DNA of 62,571 nt, counting the filler, from Gonapodya sp. JEL0774 (Eukaryota): the NCBI GenBank assembly GCA_027604505.1. It is 25 parts of 25 records of this genome, joined end to end, with 100 filler letters (N's around TTAATTAATTAA, not from the genome) between each part and the next. Parts side by side here need not be neighbours in the genome. Positions count along the whole stretch, not along the records: positions 1 to 2,434 come from JADIIX010001931.1; positions 2,535 to 4,967 come from JADIIX010001932.1; positions 5,068 to 7,499 come from JADIIX010001933.1; positions 7,600 to 10,022 come from JADIIX010001934.1; positions 10,123 to 12,542 come from JADIIX010001935.1; 20 more parts are not named here. One strand, written 5' to 3'. Numbering within the stretch: position 1 is the stretch's first letter; the number at the start of each line of letters is the position of its first letter. The translations under genes and the position numbers were made by a program. Positions 1-12,642 of the stretch are shown piece by piece. The notes beneath the pieces were generated by a model. The model saw nothing but the letters and a program-made list of their open reading frames with translations. It was not told the origin of the DNA and made no database searches.

Positions 1-88
1 GCTCCCTTGTAAATATACAGGTTCGGAAATTGATGAACAGGACCCGCCACTTTTCCTTCCACCATCCAAACAATCAGTCCCCGTCCTT

Positions 89-1307
89 TCAAGCTACTGT
101 CAAGTCATCCGTAAAATACAACATCACACCTGGTATATCTGCCTCCCCCTCTACAAACCCCACCTCGTCCATCTTCTCCCCTTCGTCTTTGACGCCGTTG
201 TCCTCGAGAGTGGCAGTCATATCAAGAACCTGACCGAGCCGCTTCCAGGTGTATGATTTGGCGTGAGAGTTGTGCAGACGAACATAGCGGTCTTGGATGG
301 CAGTGAGAGGTTCGGGGGGGCAGACCTAGTTCACCAAAAGGATTTTGCTTTGCCCTTGGATTGTTGACGAGCGAATTGGAGCTGCGCGAGACTATTCGGC
401 GCGCTGATCGATCACTATATCTAGCTTTCACTCCTCCATTCCGTCCGAGTGCGATTACTCCAAATTGTTCCACCTGCGTTTGTCTTTTGACTTCGTTGGA
501 AACGTGCAACCGTGATAAGACTCACCTCGATCACTGCCTCCTCACCGGTAAGCGTGTTGACAATTCGCAATTTTCGTGTTCGCTTGCACAACCGTCCCAC
601 TCTGCACGTCTCCCTGGCTTCTTGCCACCAGGGTTTGGTTACCGATGTTATGTCAAAGTCAGATCGAGGCGAGTCCGGTGGGATATGGAGAAACGGTCCG
701 TGGGGGGTGTGGTACGAAAGAAGGTTGGTAACTGGAGAAATGTACAACCGGGGCTGGGATCGAGGTGTGCAGTGGAATAGTCATAAGTTTCAAAAATGGT
801 AACGACGAGACCGGCGAACCATGAGAGCCATCCACAGATCCATAAAGAGTGAAACGAGTTCGAACCAGTTCATTTGAGCGTTGTCGTCGCCGGGTAATAC
901 CAAAAGGCTCGCTCACTTCAAGTGTGGATTTATCGAACCAATCCGAGATATCCTTTCCAGCATTCATTAAAATCGGTACCAAGCGCGGATCACCTTTAGC
1001 ACGGTGGTTTCGTTATTTTTCGGAATTTGTGGAACAGTGTTCTCTGTCCACATCCTCTGTCCATTGAAGTTTTACCTTTATAACGTTGAAAGATGGGAGT
1101 GACATCGTACACATCGCCGAGCCAAGAAATCCAACAATCCTCAGCACAGTTGTGGTCCGCAAGCTCTTTGATTGTGGGGCATGAACGTTGAACGGATGTT
1201 ACATAATTCAGCATAACTTATGATGCCTATTGGCAATGCTTTCAGCCACTCAACTCACCGCTCAGGGAAATGTACTTATCTCGCTTCTTCTGTGATTCCC
1301 TTTCCAT
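89..1307 (-). CDS. CYB5D1: Cytochrome b5 domain-containing protein 1 (flagellar radial-spoke associated), 5 inferred exons
   Basis: Spliced translation MERESQKKRDKYISLS|ELADHNCAEDCWISWLGDVYDVTP...AGKDISDWFD...TPHGPFLHIPP...PWW...GRLCKRTRKLRIVNTLTGEEAVIE|VCPPEPLTAIQDRY...NSHAKSYTWK...TLEDNGV...LYFTDDLTVA*; the motifs match the CYB5D1 family; GT-AG introns. Confidence 0.92.
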
Positions 1308-1618
1308 CGTTCAGACTTTGTAACTGGATCTCCATGGAATCGGCGAAGACTTGAAAGCTGGCGATCGGTGAACCGATCACAGGTATGGTTGCCAAGTTCA
1401 CACTGTCAACAGGAAAAGCGCTCGGGCACGCAAATTTTGATGTACGACGATGCGTAGATGTTCGTGGAACATTTGGAAAGTTATCATGACATTTCAATGT
1501 CGGGTGAGGACTCCGGCTTTGAGCGGCTTGTTGCCGCATCGTCGGTATCGTCCAGAACAAAAAGAATCTCTGCATCGCTGAAGAAGCGACGGGAAGCTGT
1601 GAAAGCACTTTCGCAACG

Positions 1619-2434
1619 ATGAACGCAACGTCATCGACTTCCTTTATTCTGGAGCCCGCTTTGCGTGCGGCCGCGTCTGTCATCCCCGATGTTGCTTTCG
1701 TCCACTACTTGCAGCACGGATCCAAAGCGTATATCGCTGGTCAAACTCCATACAAGTTTGCCCACATATTAAATGCCGAGCAGTATATTCCATACTCCTC
1801 TCTACTACCAAACTTCCCAACGTGGTTCACGTTAGCATGGGCGAAAAACATTGACAGTTTGGTAACGACGGTCGCATCGTACGCAGCTCCGCAGATCCTC
1901 GGACCAGACGTTGCAAAATGGATCGCTGCCGCGCTTGTCCAGACTGTCCTCTTAAAGGTACGTCGTAAAGGCGAATTCAAAGGTCCATCAGGAAGGTGCC
2001 ACTGGTTGGAATCATGAATGTCAACCTGCACAATGGGATCGAGCGTGAAAAGCGTGCCCGGGTAGCATGCTGGGAAGTTCTGATGACTTGTTTCGGTCTT
2101 CACTGGGACACCATCTTGTTCGAGCTGCGGGGAATCCATCGATCTCAAATCCGCGCAAACTCACTTCCCACTTTCAATTCACGCAGATCGTCTTCCACCT
2201 CACGTTTTGGCCCATCTTTCTATTCTACCGAGGGTTAGTGGTTTGTAGACTATGTTAATTGCTACCTCCGTCCAAACCTTCGATTCTGCCCATCATTGCA
2301 GAGCTGACCACTATGGTTACCTCGATAAATGGAAGACGAACCCGGGTAAGGACAATAGCAACAAAGTGATGGAAGAAAAAATCTGGAATAGTGAGTCAGC
2401 CGCCCCGGACTCACAGAAGGTGTAGACTGAAGGA
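1619..2434 (+). CDS. Hypothetical protein, possibly membrane-associated, 3' truncated
   Basis: ORF from 1619 followed by plausible GT-AG introns and a hydrophobic exon (IVFHLTFWPIFLFY); divergent from CYB5D1; no family recognised. Confidence 0.4.
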
Positions 2435-2534
2435 NNNNNNNNNNNNNNNNNNNNNNNNNNNNNNNNNNNNNNNNNNNNTTAATTAATTAANNNNNNNNNN
2501 NNNNNNNNNNNNNNNNNNNNNNNNNNNNNNNNNN
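2435..2534. other. Artificial contig spacer N44-TTAATTAATTAA-N44 (first of 24 in the window)
   Basis: The same 100-bp spacer recurs about every 2.5 kb; the core gives stop codons in all six frames; contig lengths never increase along the window. Confidence 0.98.
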
Positions 2535-2574
2535 GGTTTAATTTGCTTGCAGTGCTCATAAGGCAATGTGTGAC

Positions 2575-4240
2575 ACGTCTGGAAACTAATAAAGTGGCCT
2601 TAAGTGCCATTAAAAGCCTAAGTGGCATAGGTGTCCCCCTCTGGAGTTCATTGGCACTTAATGACTGCAGTTACCACTCAAATGTCATGAGTGGACTCGT
2701 GGTGTTTGAGTGACTCTCCGTGATGCCCCTCATGTTCCAGTCAAAACCTGACAACTGAGCACTTAATTTGCACTCAAGTTGTACTCTACTATACTTAATG
2801 CTAATATACTGTCAATACGTGCGCTTGGTTTACTACCTAGTGTACATGGAGCGTGGAGAGAGAGCCATAACGAGGGGTCTGTCGCGTTTCAGACCTCTGT
2901 CCAGGGCACCATCAAATTATTCCATCTCCAGGCTTCAGCCTAACCATCCTCCACCGCAATGAATCAAAACCCTCCATACCAAACTGACTCAAGTTCCAGA
3001 AAACCACCAAGTGGCATTGTGCTACAATGGGAATGCCGATTCCAAGACAACTGCTGGAGGGGCATTCAACTCACGTAAAGAAATTCAATCCAGTGCGAGA
3101 GAAAAACGCCTCAATTGATCACAAACTTCCAGATAGGGGTGCGAATGGGGATGGTAAGACTCTGTTGGCGTTTCGAGATGGGGGATTGGGAAGGCTGAAA
3201 GGACATCAACATCACAGAAGCAAACAGCAAAACAAGAACACGGTGCAGAAGGCTGAATGAAATCACCAACCATAGCTCTCCATCCTGTAGCCAGAATCTC
3301 TGGTGCCCGTGGGTAAAACTCTGCTTGTCAATTGGAAACGGCGAGTAATTGAAAATCGCGAACAAGCGACAACGTGGTAGCACAGTAGGCATTGGCATAA
3401 GCACAAAAAGTACTCGTGTATAGAGATTTGTTCAGACACAGGTGGTTTGGGAACGGATTGTACCTGGAATGGAGAAGAGGAACAGTTGATTCGATCCAGC
3501 AAACACTGGGAGCAAGAAAGTTGATCCTGCACTTGGAATACAGCAAAGATAGGACATAGCCAGTTTGGAAATGAGGAAACCAGACAGAAGAATCAGCATA
3601 CAGGTGCGTAGAGGGGAAATGGAAGAATAGAAAATCGTGGAAGATTGGTGGAAGACAGGGACACCCCACAGTCCCACTCCAGCATATATTTTGAGCGAAG
3701 TGGATATCAATTTCGAGGCGTCAAAGCTCGATTGCGCGGGGATTGGTGTGGTGTTGGAAGCCTCAAGCCAACATGACTCACTCACATGTGAAAGAAACCA
3801 AATATATGCAGGAAAACTGAACGTGCCTTGAGTGACACAACAGCTTGAGCGCATTATTTTTCACAGTTTCACATTAAACTACGTTCTTTGCGGTCGATAT
3901 ATAAGCTCTCTAGAAGTGTGTGATGTGCTTGCAGTTGCACAGGAGATGTGTTTGGCGTCAGTTCAGCGGCCAGAGTCTCATGCTGTGCTGGAAACTAAAA
4001 TTGAGTACACTTGGCATCCTCAGCGTCACTTAAAAGGCACTTAAATATACTGAAGTGGCGTGTAATGGTGATCATGCCACTCGAATGTCACTCAAACCCA
4101 AATTAAGTGCAACAGAAAGCACTCAAGTGACACTCATACTCCAGACCATGCATTTAAATGCCGTTCATGTGTTGTCAAGTGACCATGGCACTTAATGGCA
4201 CTTAAGGTCACTTAACTTGGGACCCAGTGTTTCCAGATGC
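2575..4240. mobile_element. Degenerate non-autonomous DNA transposon / foldback element with long imperfect terminal inverted repeats
   Basis: Inverted matches: TCTGGAAAC 2578-2586 vs GTTTCCAGA 4229-4237; 22-mer 2592-2613 vs 4192-4213 (21/22); GTTTGAGTGAC 2704-2714 vs 4087-4097; GCACTTAATTTG near 2760 vs near 4100; many CACTTAA/CACTCAA subterminal motifs; no intact ORF inside. Confidence 0.7.
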
Positions 4241-4430
4241 AGAACAGGTCCACATGTGAGGATTTAGCTGCGTAGACAGAAAGTATATATTCTACACCTC
4301 AAACACCATCATACGCTCCCACCCCTTCGATTCATCCCATGCAGTCCTCCACAAATGCAAAAGAGCAAAAACGGCACCTCATTGTGCAAAAGAAAACGAC
4401 AACACGTCTTCCTTGGAAAACAGGATACCG

Positions 4431-4436
4431 AAAAAA
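4431..4436 (-). terminator. RNA polymerase III oligo-T terminator of tRNA-Arg
   Basis: T6 run on the minus strand 4 nt downstream of the discriminator base. Confidence 0.8.
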
Positions 4437-4440
4437 TGGT

Positions 4441-4513
4441 CGAGCGCTACAGGGATCGAACCTGCGACCTTCTGCTTCGTAGGCAGACGTTCTGTCCACT
4501 GAACTAAGCGCCC
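4441..4513 (-). tRNA. tRNA-Arg (anticodon ACG)
   Basis: Cloverleaf GGGCGCT-TA-GTTC AGTGGACA GAAC-G-TCTGC CT[ACG]AA GCAGA-AGGTC-GCAGG TTCGATC CCTGT-AGCGCTC-G; 73 nt, no intron. Confidence 0.97.
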
Positions 4514-5067
4514 CCGGCCTATTTTGGTGGCATTTAATTCCTTATTACCAATATAATTAGTGGCTATATGACGCTTGCCAGTTCGGTGGGAACGTGGAAC
4601 CACGTCAGCTTTCATCGACCCTTATCAATCACCTCAAATTTGAGCGTTTTCTTGCGATCAATCACAAAAGATGAAAGATTACTGGGTCTCAGAGGATTCT
4701 GAGGGGTATGGAAGGTGCTCTCACCGTGACCTGTACCACTCTGGCAGTATACTTCCCCTGTTTCACGTAGCTGGGCTTATTTTTGTGCTGGACCATCCTG
4801 AACCCATCGGCAAGAGGACTTCGGTAGACTGCCCTCCTTTCAGAGACAGGGTATGCTTGATTTGATTTTTAGAAATATATTGACAAGTGTCTCATGAGGT
4901 TTTTAGGAAGATATGTATGAGGGGTTTCAGAAGAATACTGTTGAGTATCACAATAGCAGACTGCAGTNNNNNNNNNNNNNNNNNNNNNNNNNNNNNNNNN
5001 NNNNNNNNNNNTTAATTAATTAANNNNNNNNNNNNNNNNNNNNNNNNNNNNNNNNNNNNNNNNNNNN

Positions 5068-6465
5068 GACGAGGGGCGGGTCGGAGACAGGTGTGCGTTG
5101 GGCCGTGGCGACTGGAGCGGGAGCGGGTACGAGACCGGGACGGTATCGTGGGATGTGGACCGGTGTGAGAGGCGGCGGACCATGTGGGCGACGGTGCCGG
5201 TGGGTGTTGTGACGATGGTGGGGACCGAGGTGCGCGCGGTGGACGTGCTGGGGGCGGTCCGGGAGCGCATGTGGTGGGTGACGGGAGTGGGGAGGGCCAA
5301 GGAGGTGGATGTGGATGTGGAACGGGTCGGCGAAGGGGCCGGGAAGGAAAAGGCGCCCGGGTTGGATGGGGAGATGGGCGACACTGCGGATTCCGAGGTT
5401 GCGCGGCGTGGTGGGTGGAGGCGCGGGTCGGAAGAGATTGGCGAGGTTACGGTGTGTGTGGATGTCGTGGATCCGGTACGGAAGTGGGCGTGGGCACTGT
5501 TGTTGTGGTGGTTGGGGTGGTGGAATGGCGACGGTGGTTTCGTGGGATGGTGGGAACCCGCTTCAGGGGATGTGGTGATGGAGGGGCGGAGGGAGTTGAG
5601 GGGAGTCATGGTGGTCGAGCCGTCGGCGGGTAAGGACGGCGTGGTGGGGAACTCGGCGGCTGATGTGGGGGAGAGGTGGGTTGCGGATCGGAGGACTGTA
5701 GGTGCGGGGGTGGGGGTGGGGAGGTTGGGTAGTGCAAAAGAGTGGAATTGTGGGTCATGGATGGGCAAACTCTTGCAGTTGGGAAAAACAAATAGGCCAG
5801 AGTCGACCGACCTTCTCTCTCTGTGGACGGTTTGTGCTGTGCGCAAAAGATGTGACCTTGGAGTGAGTAGTGGTTGGAAGGAGTGAGGAGGCGGTGGCAT
5901 TTCTCGCATCTGGGCAGGGTGGATGGGACGGAAGAAGGAGCGGGGAGAAGTGGGCGGGTGAGAGGAAGGAGTTGGGCACAGAAGGAGAGAGGGTCATTCG
6001 TGTGTGTAGGGTGGCAGGTGGGGGGGGAGGGGTGGGGCAAGGAGATGAGAAGGGGAGAGTTGAACTCACCGGAAACAGGCTGAGTGGGAATCACCGGGAG
6101 CGACATCGAAATGCAGTGCAGTAGACACCACAGAGGAGCGAATGCAAAGGGCAGGACAAGAGAGTTTGATGTAGTGGTACTGTGGCAAGCATGACGACCC
6201 GTTCGCTCTGGTCAGACGCACCTCTGTGGAAGAGTCTCCCATCGCACCTGACCGTCTCGACCGGGAACACGGGTTTGTTGCAGCCGTGGCAGGCAGCGGC
6301 AGAGGCTGCAGGATCCACAGATACAGAGACCGAGAGCGAGAGCGGGAATGACTGGGAATTTGAGTCAGAAGAGAGAGAAATGCTGCCCTGTGTGGACGAG
6401 TCCCCGTGCGGTGGAGACGGAAGTTCGGGAATGGCGAGGAAGGAAAGCGGTGCGCGGGCGTCCAT
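5068..6465 (-). CDS. LIM-domain protein with Pro/Ser/Thr-rich tail, 3' truncated
   Basis: LIM zinc ligands split across exons: CHGCNKPVFPVETVRCDGRLFH and RCEKCHRLLTPSNHYSLQGHIFCAQH; low-complexity region follows. Confidence 0.8.
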
Positions 6466-7371
6466 GCTCTGGGCAGACTGATGATGGTCGACAGAGTGTG
6501 CAGGCTGCTTCCCAATTCAAACTCGAATCCACAACCAGCACAAGAAAGTCCTGACAGAACACACAGCACAGGTCGAGTCAATCAAGTGACAGCAAGGCGA
6601 CTCCGCTGCGATCGGTGCAGTCGACTGATCCGCCCGTCCGGTCTTCGCTGCCCGTCTTCGCAGTTGCACCCCTGCCCAATGGACCATTGCCGCACCCGCA
6701 CTCCACATCACAGTGCATGAACACGCGATTGCAAATCATTCAGAATGGCAAAGAATGGATTTCCGTTTCCGCCAAAGCTTAACGGGATTCTGTGGTGCGT
6801 TGTCAGTAGCTCAAGTGAAAGGTGGACTCAAATACAGAAGGAACGATCTGCCCGATGACCAAGAGTACGAGATGTTTTAGGGACCACTATTACTTCACAA
6901 AAAAGTTTGTTTTCTTCTGCGCATCGCTGCGACAGTCCCATTACTATTTTGCTTACCAAAATGCATAATAGTCCGTCCGTGACTGCTGGCTCTCACCAAC
7001 TCCCAGCAGCAGAGATTGCTGTTGGAAAAGGAGACGCCGAAAACATGCATCAGCAACAAAATTCCAGCTCTTTAAAGACTTCCCGGACCCAAAGATTCTC
7101 CCCGTCCTAAAGGAATGGGCGGGTAAATGGCTGCATCCGACTTTGACTCCTCAACCTTCCCAAGCTCAGCGCGATGAGGGGATGCACAAAAACCACTGAA
7201 ACCCGTCACAGTCCAAAACCAAATCCGCCGGTTTCGCATTGTTCTCTGCATCTGGACATCGACGCACCAAAGAGTCACCGGACAGTCTCACCCGTACTCA
7301 CGCAGCCTACGCCTACTCCACCTCCACCCGACGACGTCATTCCTCCATCATCGTTTCAATTGTCCGCTCTT

Positions 7372-7499
7372 ATGTCCACCCGCCCTTCACAACGCTCCCT
7401 GGGATCCCGATCGCTCTTTGTGATCTGCATCATGGCACTCGCATGCCTGTTGTCCTCTGCTCCTGGAGCCTGTGCAGAGGTCAATAATAGTTATACCTC
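7372..7499 (+). CDS. N-terminus of a probable secreted protein (signal peptide), truncated
   Basis: MSTRPSQRSLGSRSLFVICIMALACLLSSAPGACAEVNNSYT: basic n-region, hydrophobic h-region, ACA cleavage-like site. Confidence 0.5.
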
Positions 7500-7599
7500 N
7501 NNNNNNNNNNNNNNNNNNNNNNNNNNNNNNNNNNNNNNNNNNNTTAATTAATTAANNNNNNNNNNNNNNNNNNNNNNNNNNNNNNNNNNNNNNNNNNNN

Positions 7600-9946
7600 G
7601 TAGTTCGGTCGCAAGGAACTTCTCATGATCTTTATGCTGGAGTTTATCTTATTCTCCATCATGTGCGCGTTGTCGAGCTCTATGATCATGCTCATCGTCG
7701 CAAGAATCTTCCAAGGTATCGGTGGTGGAGCTATCTTGGCACTCACCCTCGTTGTGATTGGTGAAATCGTGTCCCCACTTGAGCGTGGGAAGTACATGGG
7801 CATGTGAGTGAACATTCTCAGGCATGTGGGATGCACCGTATCCTGATCTGCGCCTACTTTGTTCAGAATTGGTGCGATCACAGGTCTCTGTGCTGTTGTT
7901 GGGCCGGTGAGCTGTGAATGCAATCCTTCCTGTTTGTTGCGATCTAACTCTCATATCCCAGTTCATCGGCGGTCTCATCACGGATCACCTGACATGGAGG
8001 TATGTCGATCGCACAGCTCTCATCGATTGCGACCCCTTCCAGTTCTCAAAACGACTCGTACGACGCGGACTGTCCAAAGATGGGGATTCTGGATCAAGTG
8101 AGAGCTTATACTGAAACTTTCTTGCTATTTCCAACTTGTCTAATGATCTCGAATGGCTTTTTTTTGAACCCTACTGCTTGGTACCAGCGTTCCGATCGGC
8201 TGCGTCGCTATCGCAACGTACCAGGTCGCGCTCAAACTCCCCAAAACAGAAGGGACTATGTTCACCAAATTTAAGCGTGTCGATTACGGCGGGGTTCTCT
8301 TGAGCACATCATCCACGACTCTGCTACTTCTCGCGTGCTCATGGGGTGGAGTGACGTACGCGTGGGGCAGTGGACAAGTCGTTGGGTGCATTGTGACTGC
8401 CCTTGCGTTGCTCAGCGTATTCATATGGTGGGAAGGGAGAGTTGATGAGCCTGTCGTCCCTCTTTCGCTGGTGAGATCATACGTTCGGCGTGACAGGCAC
8501 TCTCCTCTTTGTATTGACGCAAATCTCCTTCGCTTGCTCCTTTAGTTCACGAGCCTCAACTATGTTGCTACAAATGTTTCGCTTTTTGGTGAGAGACGAA
8601 TTTATCCGCTTCTGCTGCTACTATGGAAAGGATTTGGGACGTGAATAACCCTGGGCTCAAATTTCGTCGGCGATGTGACAGGTCTGGGCTGGATCCTGTA
8701 CGGCGCTAGGTAAAGCCGTTCTCTCATGCATAACATTCTCTTTGGATTGATTTAGCGTTTCACTCTTGTCAAGCTATTTTCTCCCAATCTACTTTCAGGA
8801 TGTTCGTGGACTTTCACCAACCAACAGTGGGGCCATGATCGTCCCTTTCACCGGATGCTTTATCGTTGGCGCAGTGATATCCGGAATTATAACCACTAAA
8901 ACCGGAAGGCGAGTGATTGTGGGTTTTCGCGTCTTTTCACCTAAGTGACGTAATTGCGCTTTCACGAACGACACAGATACGTCATGTTTCCTCGAATTGG
9001 TGCCATTCTTCTTGCAGTATCAATGGGAATGTTTTCTCTTTTGGATGAAGCTTCTGGGGCGTGGCTGCAGGTTGTGCCGCAAGTGGTTGGTGGGTTCGGC
9101 ATGGGAATGGCACTCACGTAAGTCACCCTCTGACGTTTGACAAGGGACGGTAATCTCAGTCTGTGCATATATTGTCTAGTGCGGATCAGCTTGTTGCCCA
9201 AACCAGTGCACCTGGTGAGCTCGCGAACCCTCATCGTTGATTTCATTTGTAACGCTGGGTGATCAATTCGGATACCCTAGATCACCAAGTTGGTCCAGCA
9301 ACAACTGTCGGTAATTTTATTCGCTACATGGGTGGCGTTCTAGGAATAGCGGTATGTCAGCTGAACAAAATTGCGCTGGGATCTGTGCACTGAGGAGCTC
9401 ACTCTATCAATGAAATTATCACCTCACCCAGGTTTTCGCCACGATTACGCAGAATATCACGCCGCAACAATCCGCTTCGAGCATTCTGAAGGTTGCCGCT
9501 CAGTATGAGCTCACGGCGGACGAGATCGAGGTACGAACAGCAATATGTTTTCGGTTGGCCGAACGTCAGTGACCGATCAGCATGTGCCGTTTTGACCACC
9601 CAATCTATATGGCAGCTCTTTAGTTCGTCACTCACAGCCCAGTACAGTGGAGTGCACGTGGATCTCACGTCTCTCTCCCCGGACGCTTTGAACGCTCTTC
9701 GCTTAGTTGTTCAACAGGCTACTGTGGCGGGACTCCACTACGCGTAAGTTTGAAGCTCAGATACGCCTTCGTGTCACCGCTAGGAAACCTGTTCGTGCGC
9801 CAAATTCAAGGTTTATTTCGGCCATCCCACTCGCCATTGTTGGTTTTGTTGGGGCGCTGTTCGTGAAGCATGTGCCGCTGAAGAACACAGCCAACGTTCA
9901 GATGGAAACTTCTAACGAAGAGGTGAAAGATATCGAGAAAGCATGA
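7600..9946 (+). CDS. MFS drug:H+ antiporter (DHA2, 14-TM), 5' truncated, many introns
   Basis: FGRK, LIVARIFQGIGGG, EIVSPLERGKYMG, GGLITDHLTWRWGFWIN-like, RVDYGG, WGGVTYAW, FLPIYFQDVRG motifs. Confidence 0.92.
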
Positions 9947-10122
9947 ATGGAGCCCGATGAGACGGCTCGTGATTGCCCTCAAACGAGGAGCATAGTGATA
10001 TCAAGAAGGCACAATTCTCCCGNNNNNNNNNNNNNNNNNNNNNNNNNNNNNNNNNNNNNNNNNNNNTTAATTAATTAANNNNNNNNNNNNNNNNNNNNNN
10101 NNNNNNNNNNNNNNNNNNNNNN

Positions 10123-10517
10123 GCAAAGCCCTTCAGATGCTCAATGTGTCCACAGACTTTCAGCCGAAGTCATGGTAAGTGCTTCAGTCGTTGATCTGTG
10201 ATTAAAGATTATTATCTGATGCCATTTTGATTTTGGCGAATTCCTCGCACTTCGTAGATCTGAAGCGGCATATGTGCATTCACACTGGAGTAAAACCCTT
10301 TCAGTGTCAATACTGCGGGAAAGCCTTTTCCCGCCGAGATGCCCTTGCGCGGCATGTTGACTGCCCAGAACGACCAGCTGGAGCTCCACCTCCCGGAAGC
10401 GGTGTAATGGACAGTCTTCGTACACGAGGCGCGGGCCGCCACGGTATGGATGGTAGTGGGGACGATCTGGGCACCCCAGAGTCGGAGGAGATTCTGAGCG
10501 CTGACGAGGGCATGTGA
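10123..10517 (+). CDS. C2H2 zinc-finger transcription factor, C-terminal part
   Basis: [49 protein letters not shown] with a TGxKP linker. Confidence 0.9.
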
Positions 10518-10956
10518 TTTGACTCGCTTGACCCGGATTTCTCTGCTATCGTATTGACGATCCTCAGTCGCCATGAAAGGTAAAAGGCCCAGCGTTGTGA
10601 ACTGGCTTTGCACCATCCACCGCGTCTTAGTTTCTCTGTGGGCATCTTCATGTCAGCTGCTCTTCACATGTACATACAAAGTTTAGTCGGAAATGTGCCC
10701 TGTCGACTTCGATTGTTTTATATTTATTGCAAAGATTGGGCATTGTAACCCAGTTCGTACTCATGTAATAGAGCGCAATTGCGCTGCCTTTGTGAGATAA
10801 ATCGAATTGCTCGTGTAAGGTGGTGACATGTATGGGGAAGCTGCCTGCAACGCATTATTTTCTTACGCGACCCCTCCAATTTTCAATCTCCATACTTGAT
10901 TCAGGGCGTTCTGCTGTATTCGGCGTTTACTCTGGATTTCTCTTCAATTCGTGGGA

Positions 10957-12542
10957 ATGGTACAGGACGTTTCAAAGAAGGTTCTAAATGGTGATGCAAA
11001 GCCGAAGGAAGGGACGAAGGACACCGAAGCTCTGAAGGGCAAGAAGAAGGAGGAGGTCAAGAAGGAAGAGGAGTTGGTGAGGCTGGCCGGAATGAATTGG
11101 TTTGGTCGACTTTGGAACTCACGCTTGCGTGGTCGATTGCGGCGGTAACATGGGACGAACTCGGACATTGAACTCTACGCTTGGGCTTGTAAACAATTTT
11201 CATTGGCACCTACGACTTATTTTCGATACTTCGCGGTCGATCATGGCAGTCAGAAGAGGATCAACAGCTAAAATCAGTGAGTTTCGCTTGGTGGAATCTC
11301 ACTGGCTTCCGAGCGCACACTCATTATTGAATCTTCCCTCCCGTCATGAAGGAGCTGGAGATGCTCGTAGAGCGGTTGAAGGTGTGATTGTAGGCGACCG
11401 GTCGTGGGTCAAGCACTCGAACATTTTAAACCGAAACACCCACTGTTCAAAGGAATCCAATGTGGCTTTGTACCGCCCCTCTCTGGAGACTTTACGAACG
11501 CTTATTCGCACTTCGACCACCTCGATGACTTCTGTTCCCAAACCGCTTAAGTTTCTTCGACCGCACTACCAGGAATTGAAGGAAGTCCACGAAAAGTGGA
11601 CTGAGGGGGAGATAAAAGTACGTTCAAAACCTGATCTGGCTGCTTTTGGATGGGCAGTGAGGTGGACCGGAGTGTGTGAGGTTTGCTGGAGGACACTCTG
11701 GTGAATGAACCTGTGTCCCGCTCGGGGGACAACGACTAAGCTCAGGATTGCCCCAGGTTTCAACTTCAATACCAACTATTTGTCCCTCCAATCCGCCAGC
11801 GCTTCCTCGCAGACATAGTTTCAGTGCTCGCAATGACTTACGAGGAGGATGGTAAACGAGAAACTTTGCGATATCGGTTGATGGGGTCCTCGGAACCCAT
11901 CAGCGACTGGGGTCATGAATACGTTAGGTGACTTTTCATTTCTTGCTCGAATTTTCGCTAAACTTGTGTTGATTAATGAGTGGTTACTGTAAGGCACCTC
12001 TCCACCGAAATAATTGCAGAGTTCAATCATCTTCAAGAAATGGAAAAGCCCACTGATCACCTTCTCAAGATGGCACTTGAGATAACCCCTTTCGCGCTCT
12101 CCCACAACGCCGAGGCAGACGCCTGCGATCTTCTTCTGGAATTAGAGTCTTTAGACAAACTCCCACAGTTCGTGGACAAAAATACATACACCAGGGTTTG
12201 TTTGTACTTGACAAGGTGAGAGTGGTCCCGAATCCAAAAACGAATAGTAAAATCGAGGACTGCGTTCACTTTTTACCTTTTTTGTGGCAGCTGTGTTCCA
12301 TTCGTTGCACCTCCAGACGATGTGTCCATCCTAAAGACTACTCACGCTATCTACCGCAAAATCGGTGCTTTCCCTTCAGCGCTGCAAATTTCAATGAAGT
12401 TGAACGATATGGAGATGATCAAGGGCGACTTCGAGTCCTGCGAGGATCCGTGAGAGTTAATAGGCTGTTATCTGGCAGGGACATTATGTGACGCCGTGGT
12501 TTCAGCCTTACCAAGAAGCAGCTCGCATTCGCACTCGCTCGG
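10957..12542 (+). CDS. RPN1: 26S proteasome regulatory subunit Rpn1 (PSMD2), 3' truncated
   Basis: [63 protein letters not shown] motifs. Confidence 0.97.
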
Positions 12543-12642
12543 NNNNNNNNNNNNNNNNNNNNNNNNNNNNNNNNNNNNNNNNNNNNTTAATTAATTAANN
12601 NNNNNNNNNNNNNNNNNNNNNNNNNNNNNNNNNNNNNNNNNN

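Noticed and set aside
4437..4440. Genomically encoded CCA on the tRNA (bacterial-like)
   Set aside because: The CCA is offset by one base from the discriminator (G-A-CCA) and is followed by a Pol III T-run, so this is an ordinary eukaryotic tRNA gene.
5098..5886. 262-aa plus-strand ORF and other overlapping ORFs
   Set aside because: These are antisense shadows of the GC-rich Pro/Ser/Thr region of the minus-strand LIM gene.
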